Source: Spirochaetia bacterium (GTDB taxonomy: Bacteria > Spirochaetota > Spirochaetia > DSM-27196 > Salinispiraceae). Taken from it: a stretch of 64,000 bases of DNA. Numbering within the stretch: position 1 is the stretch's first letter; each line of letters opens with the position of its first letter. A program made the translations under genes and the position numbers. Under the pieces are notes generated by a model. It made no database searches, was not told where the DNA came from, and saw only the letters and a list, made by a program, of their open reading frames with translations. Below, piece by piece: positions 20,296 through 31,143 of this stretch. Location: assembly GCA_038204425.1 (NCBI GenBank), contig JBBRCZ010000002.1, positions 160,001-224,000 of the forward strand, given 5' to 3'.

Positions 20296-21674
20296 AGATT
20301 AAAGCATCCTTGCTTTTGGCCGTGCGATACTTGAGTGCCAAAGGGCCCTCGCGGGCCGTGTCGCTACGTCGCATTAGAGGTGGCATCTTTGGCATCTGCC
20401 TTAGTCTTGTGCCGATGGTGCTCGTTTTTCAAGTTGCCAACGGCATGATAGAAGGCATTAGTTCGCGTTATATCGAGACAGGCACCTACCATGTTCAGGC
20501 TTGGCCAGTCTCGTTTAACTTCAACCGCCCCGAAGAACTTCAAGAAAAATTGGCACAAGGCCAGAAGAAACTCGAAGCCTTGGACTCGGCGGTTTTTGTT
20601 GGGCAAGAGCTGCGCATGACGGTGCTTGGAAGTTCTTCTAGTCAATCGCTAGGGCTTAGTTTGCGGGCTGTTGAGCCTAGCTTGATGAACGATCCTGGTT
20701 TTGTAAATTATATTAAACTCGACGAAGGAAGCCTTGATCTTTCTGACCCACAAACTGCCCTCATTGGTCGAGAGGCGGCCCGTCTTTTAGGCTTAAAGAC
20801 CGGGGACGACCTGAGAATATTGACCACCAGCACTGATGGCATGGGCATGGCTCCTCGCATGAGCCGTTTTAAAATCGGTGGCATCGTGTCGTGCGGCTAT
20901 CAAGAACTCGACAAGCTCTGGTGCTTTATCAATATTGAACGAGGCATTAGGATTATGCCGGCCAGCTCGCGTGAAAGCTTTTTGGCGCTCAAGATTGACC
21001 AGCCGTATAGACTCACTAACCCACTTTTTGCCAATCAAGAGACCCTTGCCGCCGCGCAGGCAAGCGTTGATCCTGACAAGCCTGATCTGATAGAAAGCAT
21101 TAGGCGAAGCCTTGGACGCGGCTGGCGCTTATACACCTGGTATGAGTTGCAAGAAGCCCAATACCTCAACTTTGTTACTACGCGCAACCTTTTGATTTTT
21201 ATAATGGTCTTGATGGTCGTTATTGCATCCGTTAACATTTGGTCGACCATGATAATGATGGTGCTAGAAAAACAACAAGAAATCGCCATTCTCAAAAGTA
21301 TGGGTGCCTCACCAAGAGCTATTTCGTTGATCTTCATAATTGGAGGTGGCGTCACCGGTGCAGCCGGGGCTCTTTTGGGCTTGTTTTTAGGAGTTATTAT
21401 AAGCCTGGGTGTCAACGAAATCATCACTGTGATGGAGTTTCTAGCCAACCTTTTCTTTAACTTTGTGGCTATTTTGCAAGGCAAGGCTGATTCGTTTATG
21501 TCCTTGCAGTTTTTTAATCCAGCCTTCTATTTGGAGCGTATTCCTATCACTATCCACTTTGGCGACTTGCTCTTGATGTTCTTGCTCACCGTGGGCCTGT
21601 CTACCGTGGTGGCATTTTTGCCTTCGCGTCGAGCTGGGCGTATGAGGCCGCTCGAGATCATGCGGAGAATTTGA
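20292..21674 (+). CDS. LolC/E-family ABC permease
   Basis: EKQQEIAILKSMGAS FtsX domain, PSRRAGRMRPLEIMR C-terminus. Confidence 0.85.
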   Translation: MKIKASLLLAVRYLSAKGPSRAVSLRRIRGGIFGICLSLVPMVLVFQVANGMIEGISSRYIETGTYHVQAWPVSFNFNRPEELQEKLAQGQKKLEALDSAVFVGQELRMTVLGSSSSQSLGLSLRAVEPSLMNDPGFVNYIKLDEGSLDLSDPQTALIGREAARLLGLKTGDDLRILTTSTDGMGMAPRMSRFKIGGIVSCGYQELDKLWCFINIERGIRIMPASSRESFLALKIDQPYRLTNPLFANQETLAAAQASVDPDKPDLIESIRRSLGRGWRLYTWYELQEAQYLNFVTTRNLLIFIMVLMVVIASVNIWSTMIMMVLEKQQEIAILKSMGASPRAISLIFIIGGGVTGAAGALLGLFLGVIISLGVNEIITVMEFLANLFFNFVAILQGKADSFMSLQFFNPAFYLERIPITIHFGDLLLMFLLTVGLSTVVAFLPSRRAGRMRPLEIMRRI

Positions 21675-21675
21675 T

Positions 21676-22197
21676 ATGGACGAACTGCAGTTGTGCGCCT
21701 CGTGTGGCAAAAAACTACCGTGCAACGATTTTGCCATACACAAGGGGCAGCGTTCTCTTATTGTTCAAATCTGCGACAAATGTTGTAAAGATCTTCATAT
21801 CAACAAAAAAGCGCATGGCTTACCGTTTTCAACCGGCGACTTGTTTACTCAAGTACTTGATCCCTTGGGCGCAAGTACGCGCGACCAAAAGACCTGTCCA
21901 AGCTGCAAAACAAGTTTTGAAGACTTACGCCTGCATGGTCGGGTGGGCTGCAGCGAATGTTTTTCTTATTTTCATGACGAAATTGAAGAGCTTTTGCCCA
22001 GAATCGCCAGCCGGCCTCGCCACGAAGGGTCAGTTCCGCAACGACTGCATACAATAAGGCGCGTGCTGGTAGAAAAAAGCAATCTCAAAGAACGCTTGGA
22101 CATGGCGCTCGCGGCCGAAGACTACGAGTCGGCCGCCCAACTTCGCGACGCCATCCACGAAATAGATGGTGAAGGAGGTGCATATGACGGTGCCTGA
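21676..22197 (+). CDS. mcsA: McsA protein-arginine kinase activator
   Basis: Four CxxC motifs, C-terminal UVR domain (EDYESAAQLRD), position upstream of mcsB-clpC. Confidence 0.85.
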   Translation: MDELQLCASCGKKLPCNDFAIHKGQRSLIVQICDKCCKDLHINKKAHGLPFSTGDLFTQVLDPLGASTRDQKTCPSCKTSFEDLRLHGRVGCSECFSYFHDEIEELLPRIASRPRHEGSVPQRLHTIRRVLVEKSNLKERLDMALAAEDYESAAQLRDAIHEIDGEGGAYDGA

Positions 22198-23245
22198 GGC
22201 CTTGGCAGGTAAGTGGTTTATGCGCCCAAGCTCTACTGCAGTTGTAGCCTCCTTGCTTGATCTACGTCGCAACTGTGCTGACCTGCCCTTTGGTCACAAA
22301 GCAAGTCGCCAAGATAAGATTAAGCTATTAAGTCGCAGTGATATCTTTTTTCGTATGCGTAGCGCGAGTGACGGAGGACCTTTTCTCAATCCTTTTGAAA
22401 CAAAAAATAAGCACCGAGACCAAAGGTCTATCCTAAAAAACTGGTTTGTTCCCTTGCCTGATGAAGCAAATTTGAGCGAGCGTTTGTTTCTCGGCGCCAA
22501 AGGGGATCAAGGTGTCTTGGTCAACCAAGAACACCACTATTTGGTCTTTGGTCTGGAAATGGGACAAGGTGTAGGAACAATTTACCAACGACTCTCTTTT
22601 TTGTCGCGACACTTAGAACAAATAGCTCCTTTTGCGGTTAGTTTGGAATGGGGTTACCTGGGCCCACAGCTGGCCTGTCTAGGCACAGCCATGCGCGCCC
22701 GCATGGTGATCCACCTGCCTGCTTTGTCCCAAGATGCTGATTTTGAGGCTCTGTCTGCTGCTCTTGCTGAAGAAGGCCAGGAGCTCAATCGATTTGCACC
22801 CAGCGAAGCCTACCTTGATGCGGGGTTGTTTATGATTGGTAACGAAGTAACTTTAGGTGTTTCTGAAGAAGAAGTCTTAATCAAACTTGATGAAAGTGCT
22901 AATCTATTATTACATTATGAAGAGTTGGCAGCCAAGGCAATTGCGGCCAGCGATTCTGGTGCGATGGATGATAGGGTTTGGCGTGCGCTAGGCTTGCTTA
23001 AGTCATCCCGCAAAATGACCGAGCAAGAAGCCCTTGGTCATATGCTAAGCTTGAGACTGGGTATTGCGGCTGGAATCTTGGATGCGACGTGCTATCCTTA
23101 TCTTAACGGAGTTTTTTTTGCCTTAAGTGACGAAATACTTTTTGAGGTACTTTCCGACGGCAAAGATAGTGGAGCGTTTGATGCGGAAGCGAGTCGCGCG
23201 ACTTTTTTGAGAGAGGTTTTTGGATCGGTTGCAGGCCATCTGTAG
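22184..23245 (+). CDS. mcsB: McsB-like ATP:guanido phosphotransferase (divergent)
   Basis: WGYL...GTAMRA...HLPAL, TLGVSEEE, DRVWRALGLL motifs, between mcsA and clpC. Confidence 0.8.
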   Translation: MTVPEALAGKWFMRPSSTAVVASLLDLRRNCADLPFGHKASRQDKIKLLSRSDIFFRMRSASDGGPFLNPFETKNKHRDQRSILKNWFVPLPDEANLSERLFLGAKGDQGVLVNQEHHYLVFGLEMGQGVGTIYQRLSFLSRHLEQIAPFAVSLEWGYLGPQLACLGTAMRARMVIHLPALSQDADFEALSAALAEEGQELNRFAPSEAYLDAGLFMIGNEVTLGVSEEEVLIKLDESANLLLHYEELAAKAIAASDSGAMDDRVWRALGLLKSSRKMTEQEALGHMLSLRLGIAAGILDATCYPYLNGVFFALSDEILFEVLSDGKDSGAFDAEASRATFLREVFGSVAGHL

Positions 23246-23285
23246 CCGATAATGTTAGGGTTGCCAAAGTTTGGGGAGGAAGTCG

Positions 23286-25835
23286 ATGTTTAAAGGTCTA
23301 ACGCAGCGTGCACAAAAGGTTCTTACTATTTTGGCTCAAGATGAAGCTAAGAGATTTCACTCCGATCAACTTTTACCAGAGCATATTATGCTCGCTATCA
23401 TCAAAGAAGGTGGTGGGCTAGGTTTTAGAGCCTTGGTAAAAGCTGGCGTTGACCCTTCCATGGTTCAAATAGAACTCGAAAAAAGTGTGCCACGTAAGCG
23501 AGGTGGTTTTATCCTAGGAGACGTGCCACCAAGTCCACGCGGCAAAAGGGTCTTGGAAGAAAGTGCCGAAGAGGCCCGACTTTTGGGCCATGAATTTATA
23601 GGAACTGAACACCTCTTGTTGGCTTGTTCAAAAGAAGAAAACAGCGAAACAGCACGTTTATTACTGGGTTTCTCGGTAGCCTCTGATCTCTTGCGTGACA
23701 TTATTGCCGGTTTGAGCGGGATTAAGGAAGAAGGTGGCCACGAGCGAGGTAACGTCAGCCAGGCCAGTTTGGCTTCGGGTGGCAATCCATTTTTTGGATC
23801 AAGCTCCAACCCAGGTGGCAAAAAAAAGCCAGCAGTTGCCAACCCCGGCAACAAAAATACGCCAACTCTTGACGAGTTTAGTCGCGATCTAACAATTTTG
23901 GCTCGCGATGGAAAACTAGACCCAGTTGTCGGCAGAGACAAAGAAATTGAACGGGTGATCCAAATTTTGGCACGACGAACCAAGAACAATCCAGTATTGA
24001 TAGGCGAGCCCGGTGTTGGCAAAACTGCTATTGTAGAAGGACTTGCTCAGCGCATTGTTAGCTCTACCGCTCCCGATATCTTGCTCGATAAACGCGTGCT
24101 CACGCTCGACTTGGCGGGATTGATCGCCGGGACCAAGTATAGAGGAGAGTTTGAAGAACGCCTAAAACGCGTCATGAAAGAGATCATTAATGCTGGCAAT
24201 GTTATACTTTTTATTGACGAGCTACATACCATTATTGGAGCAGGGGGAGCTGAGGGCGCAATTGATGCCAGCAACATGCTTAAGCCCTCACTTAGTCGCG
24301 GAGAGATGCAGTGTATAGGCGCCACGACTCTCAATGAATATAGAAAGTATGTAGAAAAAGATGCGGCCTTGGAGCGACGCTTTCAGTCGGTTATGGTTGA
24401 AGAACCAAGTGTGATTGATACCATCTCTATCCTCAACGGCATCAAAGATCGCTACGAAGAACACCACAACGTAAGTTACACGCCTGGTTCGCTTGAAATG
24501 GCAGCTGTCTTGGCCAAACGATATATTTCTGAGCGCCAACTTCCTGATAAAGCTATCGATTTGATTGACGAAGCAGGCGCTCGAAAGCGCATCAATAATT
24601 CTGTCAGGCCAAGTGAGATTCAAGAGCTCGAGGCCGATATCGAACGCCTCAATCAAGAAAAAAACAGCTTAGTTAATAGCCAAAACTATGAACAAGCGGC
24701 CTCTATTAGAGACAAGGTGCGCCAGATCCGCCAGCGCTCCGAAGAATTACGGACGGCATGGAAGATCAATCTCAAGACCGAACAAAACGTGGTAGATTCC
24801 GATGACATTCAGCGCGTAATCTCCGACATTACCGGCATCCCTATTACCCGTATTGCCCAGTCAGAAAGCGAGAAACTGATTGGCATTGAGGCCGAACTGC
24901 ACCGCAGCGTGATTGGCCAGAACGATGCAATTGGCGTAATAGCTAGTGCAATTAGACGTAGTAGAACTGGTCTTTCTAGTCCCAATCGTCCAATGGGTAG
25001 CTTTATGTTTCTTGGCCCAACTGGAGTAGGTAAAAGCTTGCTTGCTAAGACTTTAGCTGAGTTTATGTTTGGATCTCGGGATGCGTTAATTAGAGTCGAT
25101 ATGTCCGACTTTATGGAGAAGCACAATGTTTCTCGCTTAGTTGGTGCCCCTCCAGGCTATGTTGGCTACGAAGAAGGCGGCATGCTGACCGAAAAAATTA
25201 GGCGGAAACCCTACGCAGTAGTTTTGCTTGACGAAATCGAAAAAGCCCACCCCGATGTCTTTAATATTCTTTTGCAGGTGTTAGAAGAAGGTGAGTTGCA
25301 AGACAATCTTGGTCACAAAGTAAACTTTCGCAACACGGTTATCATAATGACATCTAACGCCGGTGCTCGTGAGATTACCAGAGAGTCTAATGTAGGCTTT
25401 AAGACCCGGGAAATGGCGATGGACCATGCCGAAGTCAAGTCAAGCGCCATGAATGAGCTTAGGCGCATGTTTAGACCAGAGTTTATCAACCGCATTGACG
25501 AAATTGTTGTCTTCCATAGTCTGAGCAAGGATCAAGTCAGCAATATTCTTAATATTATGCTAGCAGATGTGCAAGTGCGCATGGCCGAGCGAGATATGAC
25601 GCTGGAGCTCTCCAAGCCTGCCCGCGAATGGATTATCAATAAGGGTTACGATGTCAAATACGGCGCACGACCTTTACGAAGAGTCATACAGCGCGAAATA
25701 GAAGACCCACTTTCTATGGAAATCCTAAAAGGTCGTTTTGGTGCTGGCAGTCGCGTTATCGTTGGACTAAAAGATAACAAAATAACCTTTGGTGGCATGC
25801 GCAAAACCACCAAAAAACTTATTGCAACAGTTTGA
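23286..25835 (+). CDS. clpC: ATP-dependent Clp protease ATPase subunit ClpC
   Basis: Clp-N repeats, [15 protein letters not shown]-like M-domain, [21 protein letters not shown]. Confidence 0.95.
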   Translation: MFKGLTQRAQKVLTILAQDEAKRFHSDQLLPEHIMLAIIKEGGGLGFRALVKAGVDPSMVQIELEKSVPRKRGGFILGDVPPSPRGKRVLEESAEEARLLGHEFIGTEHLLLACSKEENSETARLLLGFSVASDLLRDIIAGLSGIKEEGGHERGNVSQASLASGGNPFFGSSSNPGGKKKPAVANPGNKNTPTLDEFSRDLTILARDGKLDPVVGRDKEIERVIQILARRTKNNPVLIGEPGVGKTAIVEGLAQRIVSSTAPDILLDKRVLTLDLAGLIAGTKYRGEFEERLKRVMKEIINAGNVILFIDELHTIIGAGGAEGAIDASNMLKPSLSRGEMQCIGATTLNEYRKYVEKDAALERRFQSVMVEEPSVIDTISILNGIKDRYEEHHNVSYTPGSLEMAAVLAKRYISERQLPDKAIDLIDEAGARKRINNSVRPSEIQELEADIERLNQEKNSLVNSQNYEQAASIRDKVRQIRQRSEELRTAWKINLKTEQNVVDSDDIQRVISDITGIPITRIAQSESEKLIGIEAELHRSVIGQNDAIGVIASAIRRSRTGLSSPNRPMGSFMFLGPTGVGKSLLAKTLAEFMFGSRDALIRVDMSDFMEKHNVSRLVGAPPGYVGYEEGGMLTEKIRRKPYAVVLLDEIEKAHPDVFNILLQVLEEGELQDNLGHKVNFRNTVIIMTSNAGAREITRESNVGFKTREMAMDHAEVKSSAMNELRRMFRPEFINRIDEIVVFHSLSKDQVSNILNIMLADVQVRMAERDMTLELSKPAREWIINKGYDVKYGARPLRRVIQREIEDPLSMEILKGRFGAGSRVIVGLKDNKITFGGMRKTTKKLIATV

Positions 25836-26769
25836 GTGATCCAAGGTCAGCTGCCGTCTGGTAGATCAGGCGGCATGACTGAATTTCCTCGGCGGAAAGC
25901 TTGCCTTCAAATATGGTGGCCACTGGTTCTCTGCTGGCCGTCTGGCCTGGTTTATGGATAAAACGGACAATGGTTATTGATAGCAAAAGGTCTTGAGCCT
26001 CTTTTGAAGCTATTAAGCGCATAAAGTTGTTGTCGGGTTCGAAGACGGCTCTAAAGGCTGGACGAGGTGCCAGATCTGCCCCAACGTTGATAGTTGAGGT
26101 AAAAAATCTGCTAGCTGCCGCTGACATTAACAGATTTTGATCGACCGAATTACGAAGTTCCAGCTCAATTCTTTGCTTGCCACTTGCAAGTTGAACACTG
26201 TCAAGCTTGACTGACAAAGAACCTTGAACCTGTAGTCCTAGTCTAAAGGCTTCGTCGGCGCGGCTTCTCAAATAGGCGTGTAAACCAGCTTTTTTGTAGT
26301 CGTTAATCTGGCTGTGCACATAACGAGACTGGTTGGGCACATCCCATTCCCAATAGAGGCCAGTGCCGCGCAGCACTCGCCTGTCGCTGCGACGAGGCTC
26401 CTCTAGAATTGAATGTGGCAGGGTTTCTATTCGTATGCCGTTGGACTGAACCAAATTGCTTGCATTGGCAACTAGAGCTGCATCCTTGATAGCAATTACT
26501 GCCCGAAGCTCTTCAAGCGCTGCTAGTAGGCGATTTATTTCACTATTAGCTAGCTCAAGTTTGCTGCCGTGTTGGGCTAAGTTGGACTTTGCTTGCTCAA
26601 GTTCTAGCTCAAGGGTATTGTATCTTTCTTGTTGGCTTGCGAGATCGGCCTTATGTTTGCTTAACGGAACACTGGCACACGAAGCAAGTATTAGACAGCC
26701 GGTTACCAGAACAGCTTGGACAAAGCACAGGCTTCCATTTCTATTTACAAAAGACGCTAAATTCTTCAT
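25819..26769 (-). CDS. Putative lipoprotein with coiled coil
   Basis: Lipobox-like LILAS-C followed by a heptad coiled-coil stretch. Confidence 0.55.
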   Translation of the reverse strand: MKNLASFVNRNGSLCFVQAVLVTGCLILASCASVPLSKHKADLASQQERYNTLELELEQAKSNLAQHGSKLELANSEINRLLAALEELRAVIAIKDAALVANASNLVQSNGIRIETLPHSILEEPRRSDRRVLRGTGLYWEWDVPNQSRYVHSQINDYKKAGLHAYLRSRADEAFRLGLQVQGSLSVKLDSVQLASGKQRIELELRNSVDQNLLMSAAASRFFTSTINVGADLAPRPAFRAVFEPDNNFMRLIASKEAQDLLLSITIVRFIHKPGQTASREPVATIFEGKLSAEEIQSCRLIYQTAADLGSLKLLQ

Positions 26770-26773
26770 ACCC

Positions 26774-27580
26774 TTACACTATAGTATATCCGGCGGCAAT
26801 TAGGAAATTACCAAAGAACATGGTAGCCGCAAGCAAATATTCGTTCTTCATAGCAAAAAACTGACGACTGAGACTTATTCGGTCTAAATTTCCCAAGAAG
26901 GTATCTTCTTTTTGAAGAGCTTCCAGCAAGTCTGCATCAATTTCTACATGACCTTGAATGCCCCAAGCTCGATTGGCTGTCTTGATGATTTGATGGGTGC
27001 AAAAAATGCCACTGGCTAATAGTTGAATTGTGTCATGGGCCAAGATAGTTTCGCCATGCAGTTGAAAAAGTGGAATATAGGGGTTTACACCAACACGATT
27101 GGCGGCAAAAACTTTGTCGTATCCAACAAACAAGGCATCACGACTGGCGTCCGAACTTGGCAACACACCATATGGCCGATTATCTGGAGCAAGTATGCCA
27201 ACCTCACGTAAGGCGTGTTTCTGTACTTTTGCCCCGTTTGCTTTGGCTAGAAGCTGCATACCCAAACAAATACCCAAGATGGGTAGGTCGTTTGCATTTA
27301 ACTCTTTTATAAAGTCAAGCTGGGCGAGAATCTCCGGGCTTTCATCATTGGCACTGGCCGGACCGCCGAGAATTACTACCGCGCGAAGTTCATTAAGTTG
27401 GGGAAGTGGGTCACCCAAACTTAGATCTACAATCCAATAGGGAATCTTCCAATTTTGGCAAAGAGTCTCAAAGGCACCCGCACCTTCATAAGAACAGTTC
27501 TTAATGAAAACCAAGGCTGGTTCACTGGGTTGCTTTGGTGCTTTGATTCTTTTTTTATACATGGCCATATTATTGCTCAA
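26774..27580 (-). CDS. Type 1 glutamine amidotransferase family protein
   Basis: ILGGP, GICLGMQL nucleophile elbow, QGHVE triad. Confidence 0.88.
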   Translation of the reverse strand: MSNNMAMYKKRIKAPKQPSEPALVFIKNCSYEGAGAFETLCQNWKIPYWIVDLSLGDPLPQLNELRAVVILGGPASANDESPEILAQLDFIKELNANDLPILGICLGMQLLAKANGAKVQKHALREVGILAPDNRPYGVLPSSDASRDALFVGYDKVFAANRVGVNPYIPLFQLHGETILAHDTIQLLASGIFCTHQIIKTANRAWGIQGHVEIDADLLEALQKEDTFLGNLDRISLSRQFFAMKNEYLLAATMFFGNFLIAAGYTIV

Positions 27581-27600
27581 GTTTGGGCTTTGTACAACAT

Positions 27601-30165
27601 CTATTGTGCGTTGCTATGAAGTGGGTCTTCCGGCCAGTGGTGTTTTGGATATCTACCGCGCAGATCTTTTCGCACTTGTTGCCATGTGCCTTGCCAAAAA
27701 CCAAGTAGATCACTAGTAATCTGTACGGGTCGCTGGGCTGGTGACAAAAGAGTGATAACTATCGCTTGACCGGCTACGCAAGGATTGCTAGTTATGGCAT
27801 AAAAGTCTTGAACCCGTGACTCGAGATGCACTTGGTATTTTTCTCCAGCCAAGCGATAGTAAAGCGGTTTTTTATGTCCGTTTGGCAGCGCAAAATGTTC
27901 TGGTGCCAGAATTTTTAGGCGCTCTAAGTTTTTGTAGCCAATCATTGTTCTTAGTGCATTGAGTAGGCTGTCAGCATCGAGAACCGGGCGCATAGATTCC
28001 AACTTTAAAAACGGTTTTAGAATATTCTCAGCGTCGAGGACAATTGTTTGCTTATCTATGATGCCCAGATCCTGGCCGGCTTGGCGTGCAAAAGCCAGTC
28101 TATTTGCTAAGGTATCTATTTGCTCAGACCAGGGTAGTAACTCAGCGCCTGTCTGTGCAAGCCGCTCAAAGAAAGCAGAGCACATCTGCACGTGAAGATC
28201 CCCGCCTTGCAACTTGCCTTGTGCGCTGGTTTGCGAAAGTGTCAGCGCGCCATGTTTTCTCACATAGCTCACACGAGGACTTAGGCCTGTCCATTTAAGC
28301 TCTAAGGTCCATGGTGCGGTCTGGTTTAGCTGCTCAAGCATATTTAGATTGACACTGGTCTGAGTCCTAATGATTGAATGAGTGCTGTCGCCTAGGTCGA
28401 GTTCTACAGCTAGTAAGAAATCCGGCCCTTGGCGGCTTTTGAGTTTGGCAAGACGCCCCATCGACAGTTGGTAGTAGGCCCATTCGCGTTCTTGTAGAGT
28501 CTTCTGCGCCCAACGCTCGGGAAACATCACAGCTAAACTTTGGCGTGCCAAATCGGCATCAGGCATTGGGCAGGCTAAAGATTCCAAACGCTTCCAGCGT
28601 TTGTGAAAATCTGCCAAGATGCGTTGCTGATTAAAGGCCGATGGCAAGGATTGACCGGTCCGAGCGCCTTTCTGAAAAATGTCAGACCAATAGTCCATGA
28701 TGTCGATCTCGTTACTGCTCGGGCCGCTTTGAGCAAAGGCAGCCACAAGTTCTGCCATTGATAAGCAAGCCGCAAGCGCTGCCATGCTCTGTTTCTTAGA
28801 CACGATGACAGCGTGCGCCAATCTGACTGGAAGTCCTAATTGTGTCATGGCTCGCCCGTGCTGCCTGATTTGGGCATGTGTATCCAAAGCTCCGAGTTGG
28901 ATCAGGGTTAGTTGGGCATCTTGCCAAAGTTCTTCTTTGGGTGCTGACAAAAGTCTCATGGCTTGGTAGTCCAAACTGCCAAAGCTTGCCGCCTCCAGTA
29001 CGCAGGCCGATAAGTCAACACGAGAAAGCTCAGGTATGTGACTGGCAGGCAACACTTCATCCTGGGGCCACAAGCGCCAACAGTATCCGTCCATGGTTCG
29101 ACCTGCACGCCCTTGCCGTTGCTTGGCTTGGGCAAGACTTACTCGTTCGGTCACCAAGCTATCCATGCCTAGTCGTTGATCAAAATAGGCCTGTCGACTC
29201 AAGCCACAATCAACAACCAGTTTGATGCCCGGCAGCGTAAGACTAGTCTCGGCAACGGCACTTGCTAAAAAAATGCAACCATGGTCTTTGGCCTCTAGGG
29301 CGGCGTTCTGTTTCTGTGCTGACAGTGATCCGTGCACAATTATAATGCTGCTTTCTGGCCTATCGATTAAACCTTCAAGAATCCGTGCACAAGCATTGAT
29401 CTCCGCCATACCTGGCAAAAAGACGAGCGTATTGGCGCCAAACTGACGATGGCCGTGCAAGGCTTGGCGGGCAACAAAATCCAAGAACAGTCTACTGTTT
29501 TTCCAATAGCCGCTACCTGTGTCTGGAGCATAATAGCTAGTCTCAATTTGATAGTTGCGGATCTCGAGCGACAAACGCTGCCATGCCAAGTCCCGGAACA
29601 GTTTTTCTATACCCTTGGCTTCAATGGTGGCTGACATTACTATCAGCCGTAGGTCTTGGCGCAAAGCTTGTTGGCATTCAGCTGCAAAAGAAAAACAAAG
29701 GTCGGACATCCAACTACGCTCGTGAAATTCGTCAAAAAAGACCGCTTGGCAGTCCTTTAGCCCCGGGTCGCTTTGGATTATGCGCAAAAAAACCCCATAG
29801 GTCATTACTATAATTTGACTTGCCGAAGACTCACAATGGTCCTCGCCGGTACGCCAAGCAATCGTTTGACCTGCCTCCTGGCCCAGAATTTTAGCCATGC
29901 GCAGAGCCACGGCCCGACAGGCGAGGCGACGAGGCTGCAAAACATAAATATTTTTGCCTGTCTGCTCTCTATCAGGCTGCTTTTTATCAGACTGCAACAG
30001 CGCAAGCGGCAAGATGGTACTCTTTCCTGCGCCGGTGCTTGCTTCTATCAACAAGCTAGTAAAGTCTTGGCAGAGTTGCCTAAAGTCATTTAGATAGGCC
30101 CGGATTGGAAGATCTGGGCAGCGGTCTGGATGGAAGGTGTAGTCGTAATTAGATTTGGCTTGCAT
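27601..30165 (-). CDS. hrpB: ATP-dependent RNA helicase HrpB
   Basis: TGAGKST, DEFHER, MSAT, AETSLT, QRQGRAGR, C-terminal GRYPKHHWPEDP. Confidence 0.93.
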   Translation of the reverse strand: MQAKSNYDYTFHPDRCPDLPIRAYLNDFRQLCQDFTSLLIEASTGAGKSTILPLALLQSDKKQPDREQTGKNIYVLQPRRLACRAVALRMAKILGQEAGQTIAWRTGEDHCESSASQIIVMTYGVFLRIIQSDPGLKDCQAVFFDEFHERSWMSDLCFSFAAECQQALRQDLRLIVMSATIEAKGIEKLFRDLAWQRLSLEIRNYQIETSYYAPDTGSGYWKNSRLFLDFVARQALHGHRQFGANTLVFLPGMAEINACARILEGLIDRPESSIIIVHGSLSAQKQNAALEAKDHGCIFLASAVAETSLTLPGIKLVVDCGLSRQAYFDQRLGMDSLVTERVSLAQAKQRQGRAGRTMDGYCWRLWPQDEVLPASHIPELSRVDLSACVLEAASFGSLDYQAMRLLSAPKEELWQDAQLTLIQLGALDTHAQIRQHGRAMTQLGLPVRLAHAVIVSKKQSMAALAACLSMAELVAAFAQSGPSSNEIDIMDYWSDIFQKGARTGQSLPSAFNQQRILADFHKRWKRLESLACPMPDADLARQSLAVMFPERWAQKTLQEREWAYYQLSMGRLAKLKSRQGPDFLLAVELDLGDSTHSIIRTQTSVNLNMLEQLNQTAPWTLELKWTGLSPRVSYVRKHGALTLSQTSAQGKLQGGDLHVQMCSAFFERLAQTGAELLPWSEQIDTLANRLAFARQAGQDLGIIDKQTIVLDAENILKPFLKLESMRPVLDADSLLNALRTMIGYKNLERLKILAPEHFALPNGHKKPLYYRLAGEKYQVHLESRVQDFYAITSNPCVAGQAIVITLLSPAQRPVQITSDLLGFWQGTWQQVRKDLRGRYPKHHWPEDPLHSNAQ

Positions 30166-30203
30166 ATGCTCGGCCCATTATACGTAAAGCAGTGCATTTA
30201 GGC

Positions 30204-30235
30204 AAAGAAAGGCCCCAGACTTTGGTCTTGGGGCC
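30204..30235 (-). terminator. Intrinsic terminator upstream of hrpB
   Basis: Minus strand GGCCCCAAGACC-AAA-GTCTGGGGCC followed by TTTCTTT. Confidence 0.65.
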
Positions 30236-30527
30236 AGGTTTAAAAAGTGGCGCTCTGTTTATCCTCGTCGGATATCAACTACTTTGGCTGTCTATGTCTT
30301 TTGAGAGGTGAAAGCTGCGTGCAAAAGATGCTTGCTTGTAGCTAAGTATGTACTATTAAATGACTTAATTTTCTGTTGATAGTCTGCGCTTCTATCAAGC
30401 CTTTGGGATAGGCAAGTGCCAAATGCGTCAAATATACACATATGAGTCATTGTGACTCTTATTGCTTGGTAATTTGGAACCTAATTGGACTTGTAGCAGC
30501 AGTCGCTTTGGGATATTTTTAGCAAAT

Positions 30528-31088
30528 ATGGAAAATTCTAAGATAATTTGGCAATCAAGTCTTGAAGACGACAAGCGTTGGCGAGTACTGGTGCTCATTC
30601 AGATGGTTGTGTTAGCTGTGCTTTCGCTTGAAATTCTGAGAGTGCTGGTGACTATAGCTTTTGGCAACGAAGCCATGCTGTTTGGTTTTTTTAAGTTCCG
30701 CGTCTTGCAGGGGCTAGAACTTATATTTGGCTTTGTTTTTGGACTTACGTGTGCTTCCTATGCTCTTGTACGACTCTACTACGTACTTATCCGCGGCACA
30801 CCTTCATTTTTGTATGAAAGTGAAGAAGCATTGCAAATCTACTACAGCGGTTCAGTCCTGGGGCTAAGAGCGACTCACAAGTTCAAATACAAAGCTATTG
30901 CCTGGGCCAAAATAAGTGATTTGTTTATAGTGCCACGCAACCGAGCTCAGTCCGTCTGGGAGCTTAGGTTAAAACGAAAAAATCTGCCTTCGATCGCACT
31001 CGGACGCTGTGCAACCGCACAAGAAGCTCAGGACTTAGCAGACTTAGTCTACCAAAGTGCCGAAAAGCACACGATCTCAAGCGTCTAA
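30528..31088 (+). CDS. Membrane protein of unknown function
   Basis: Two TM segments followed by a soluble domain. Confidence 0.5.
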   Translation: MENSKIIWQSSLEDDKRWRVLVLIQMVVLAVLSLEILRVLVTIAFGNEAMLFGFFKFRVLQGLELIFGFVFGLTCASYALVRLYYVLIRGTPSFLYESEEALQIYYSGSVLGLRATHKFKYKAIAWAKISDLFIVPRNRAQSVWELRLKRKNLPSIALGRCATAQEAQDLADLVYQSAEKHTISSV

Positions 31089-31143
31089 GATTCTAATATT
31101 GCTTTCTAGACAGGTGGCGTTTAGAATAAACAGTGAGGTAAGA

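Noticed and set aside
23247..23254. Sigma28 -10-like GCCGATA(A) elements before clpC (also near 12847 and 59239)
   Set aside because: No correctly spaced TAAA -35 element.
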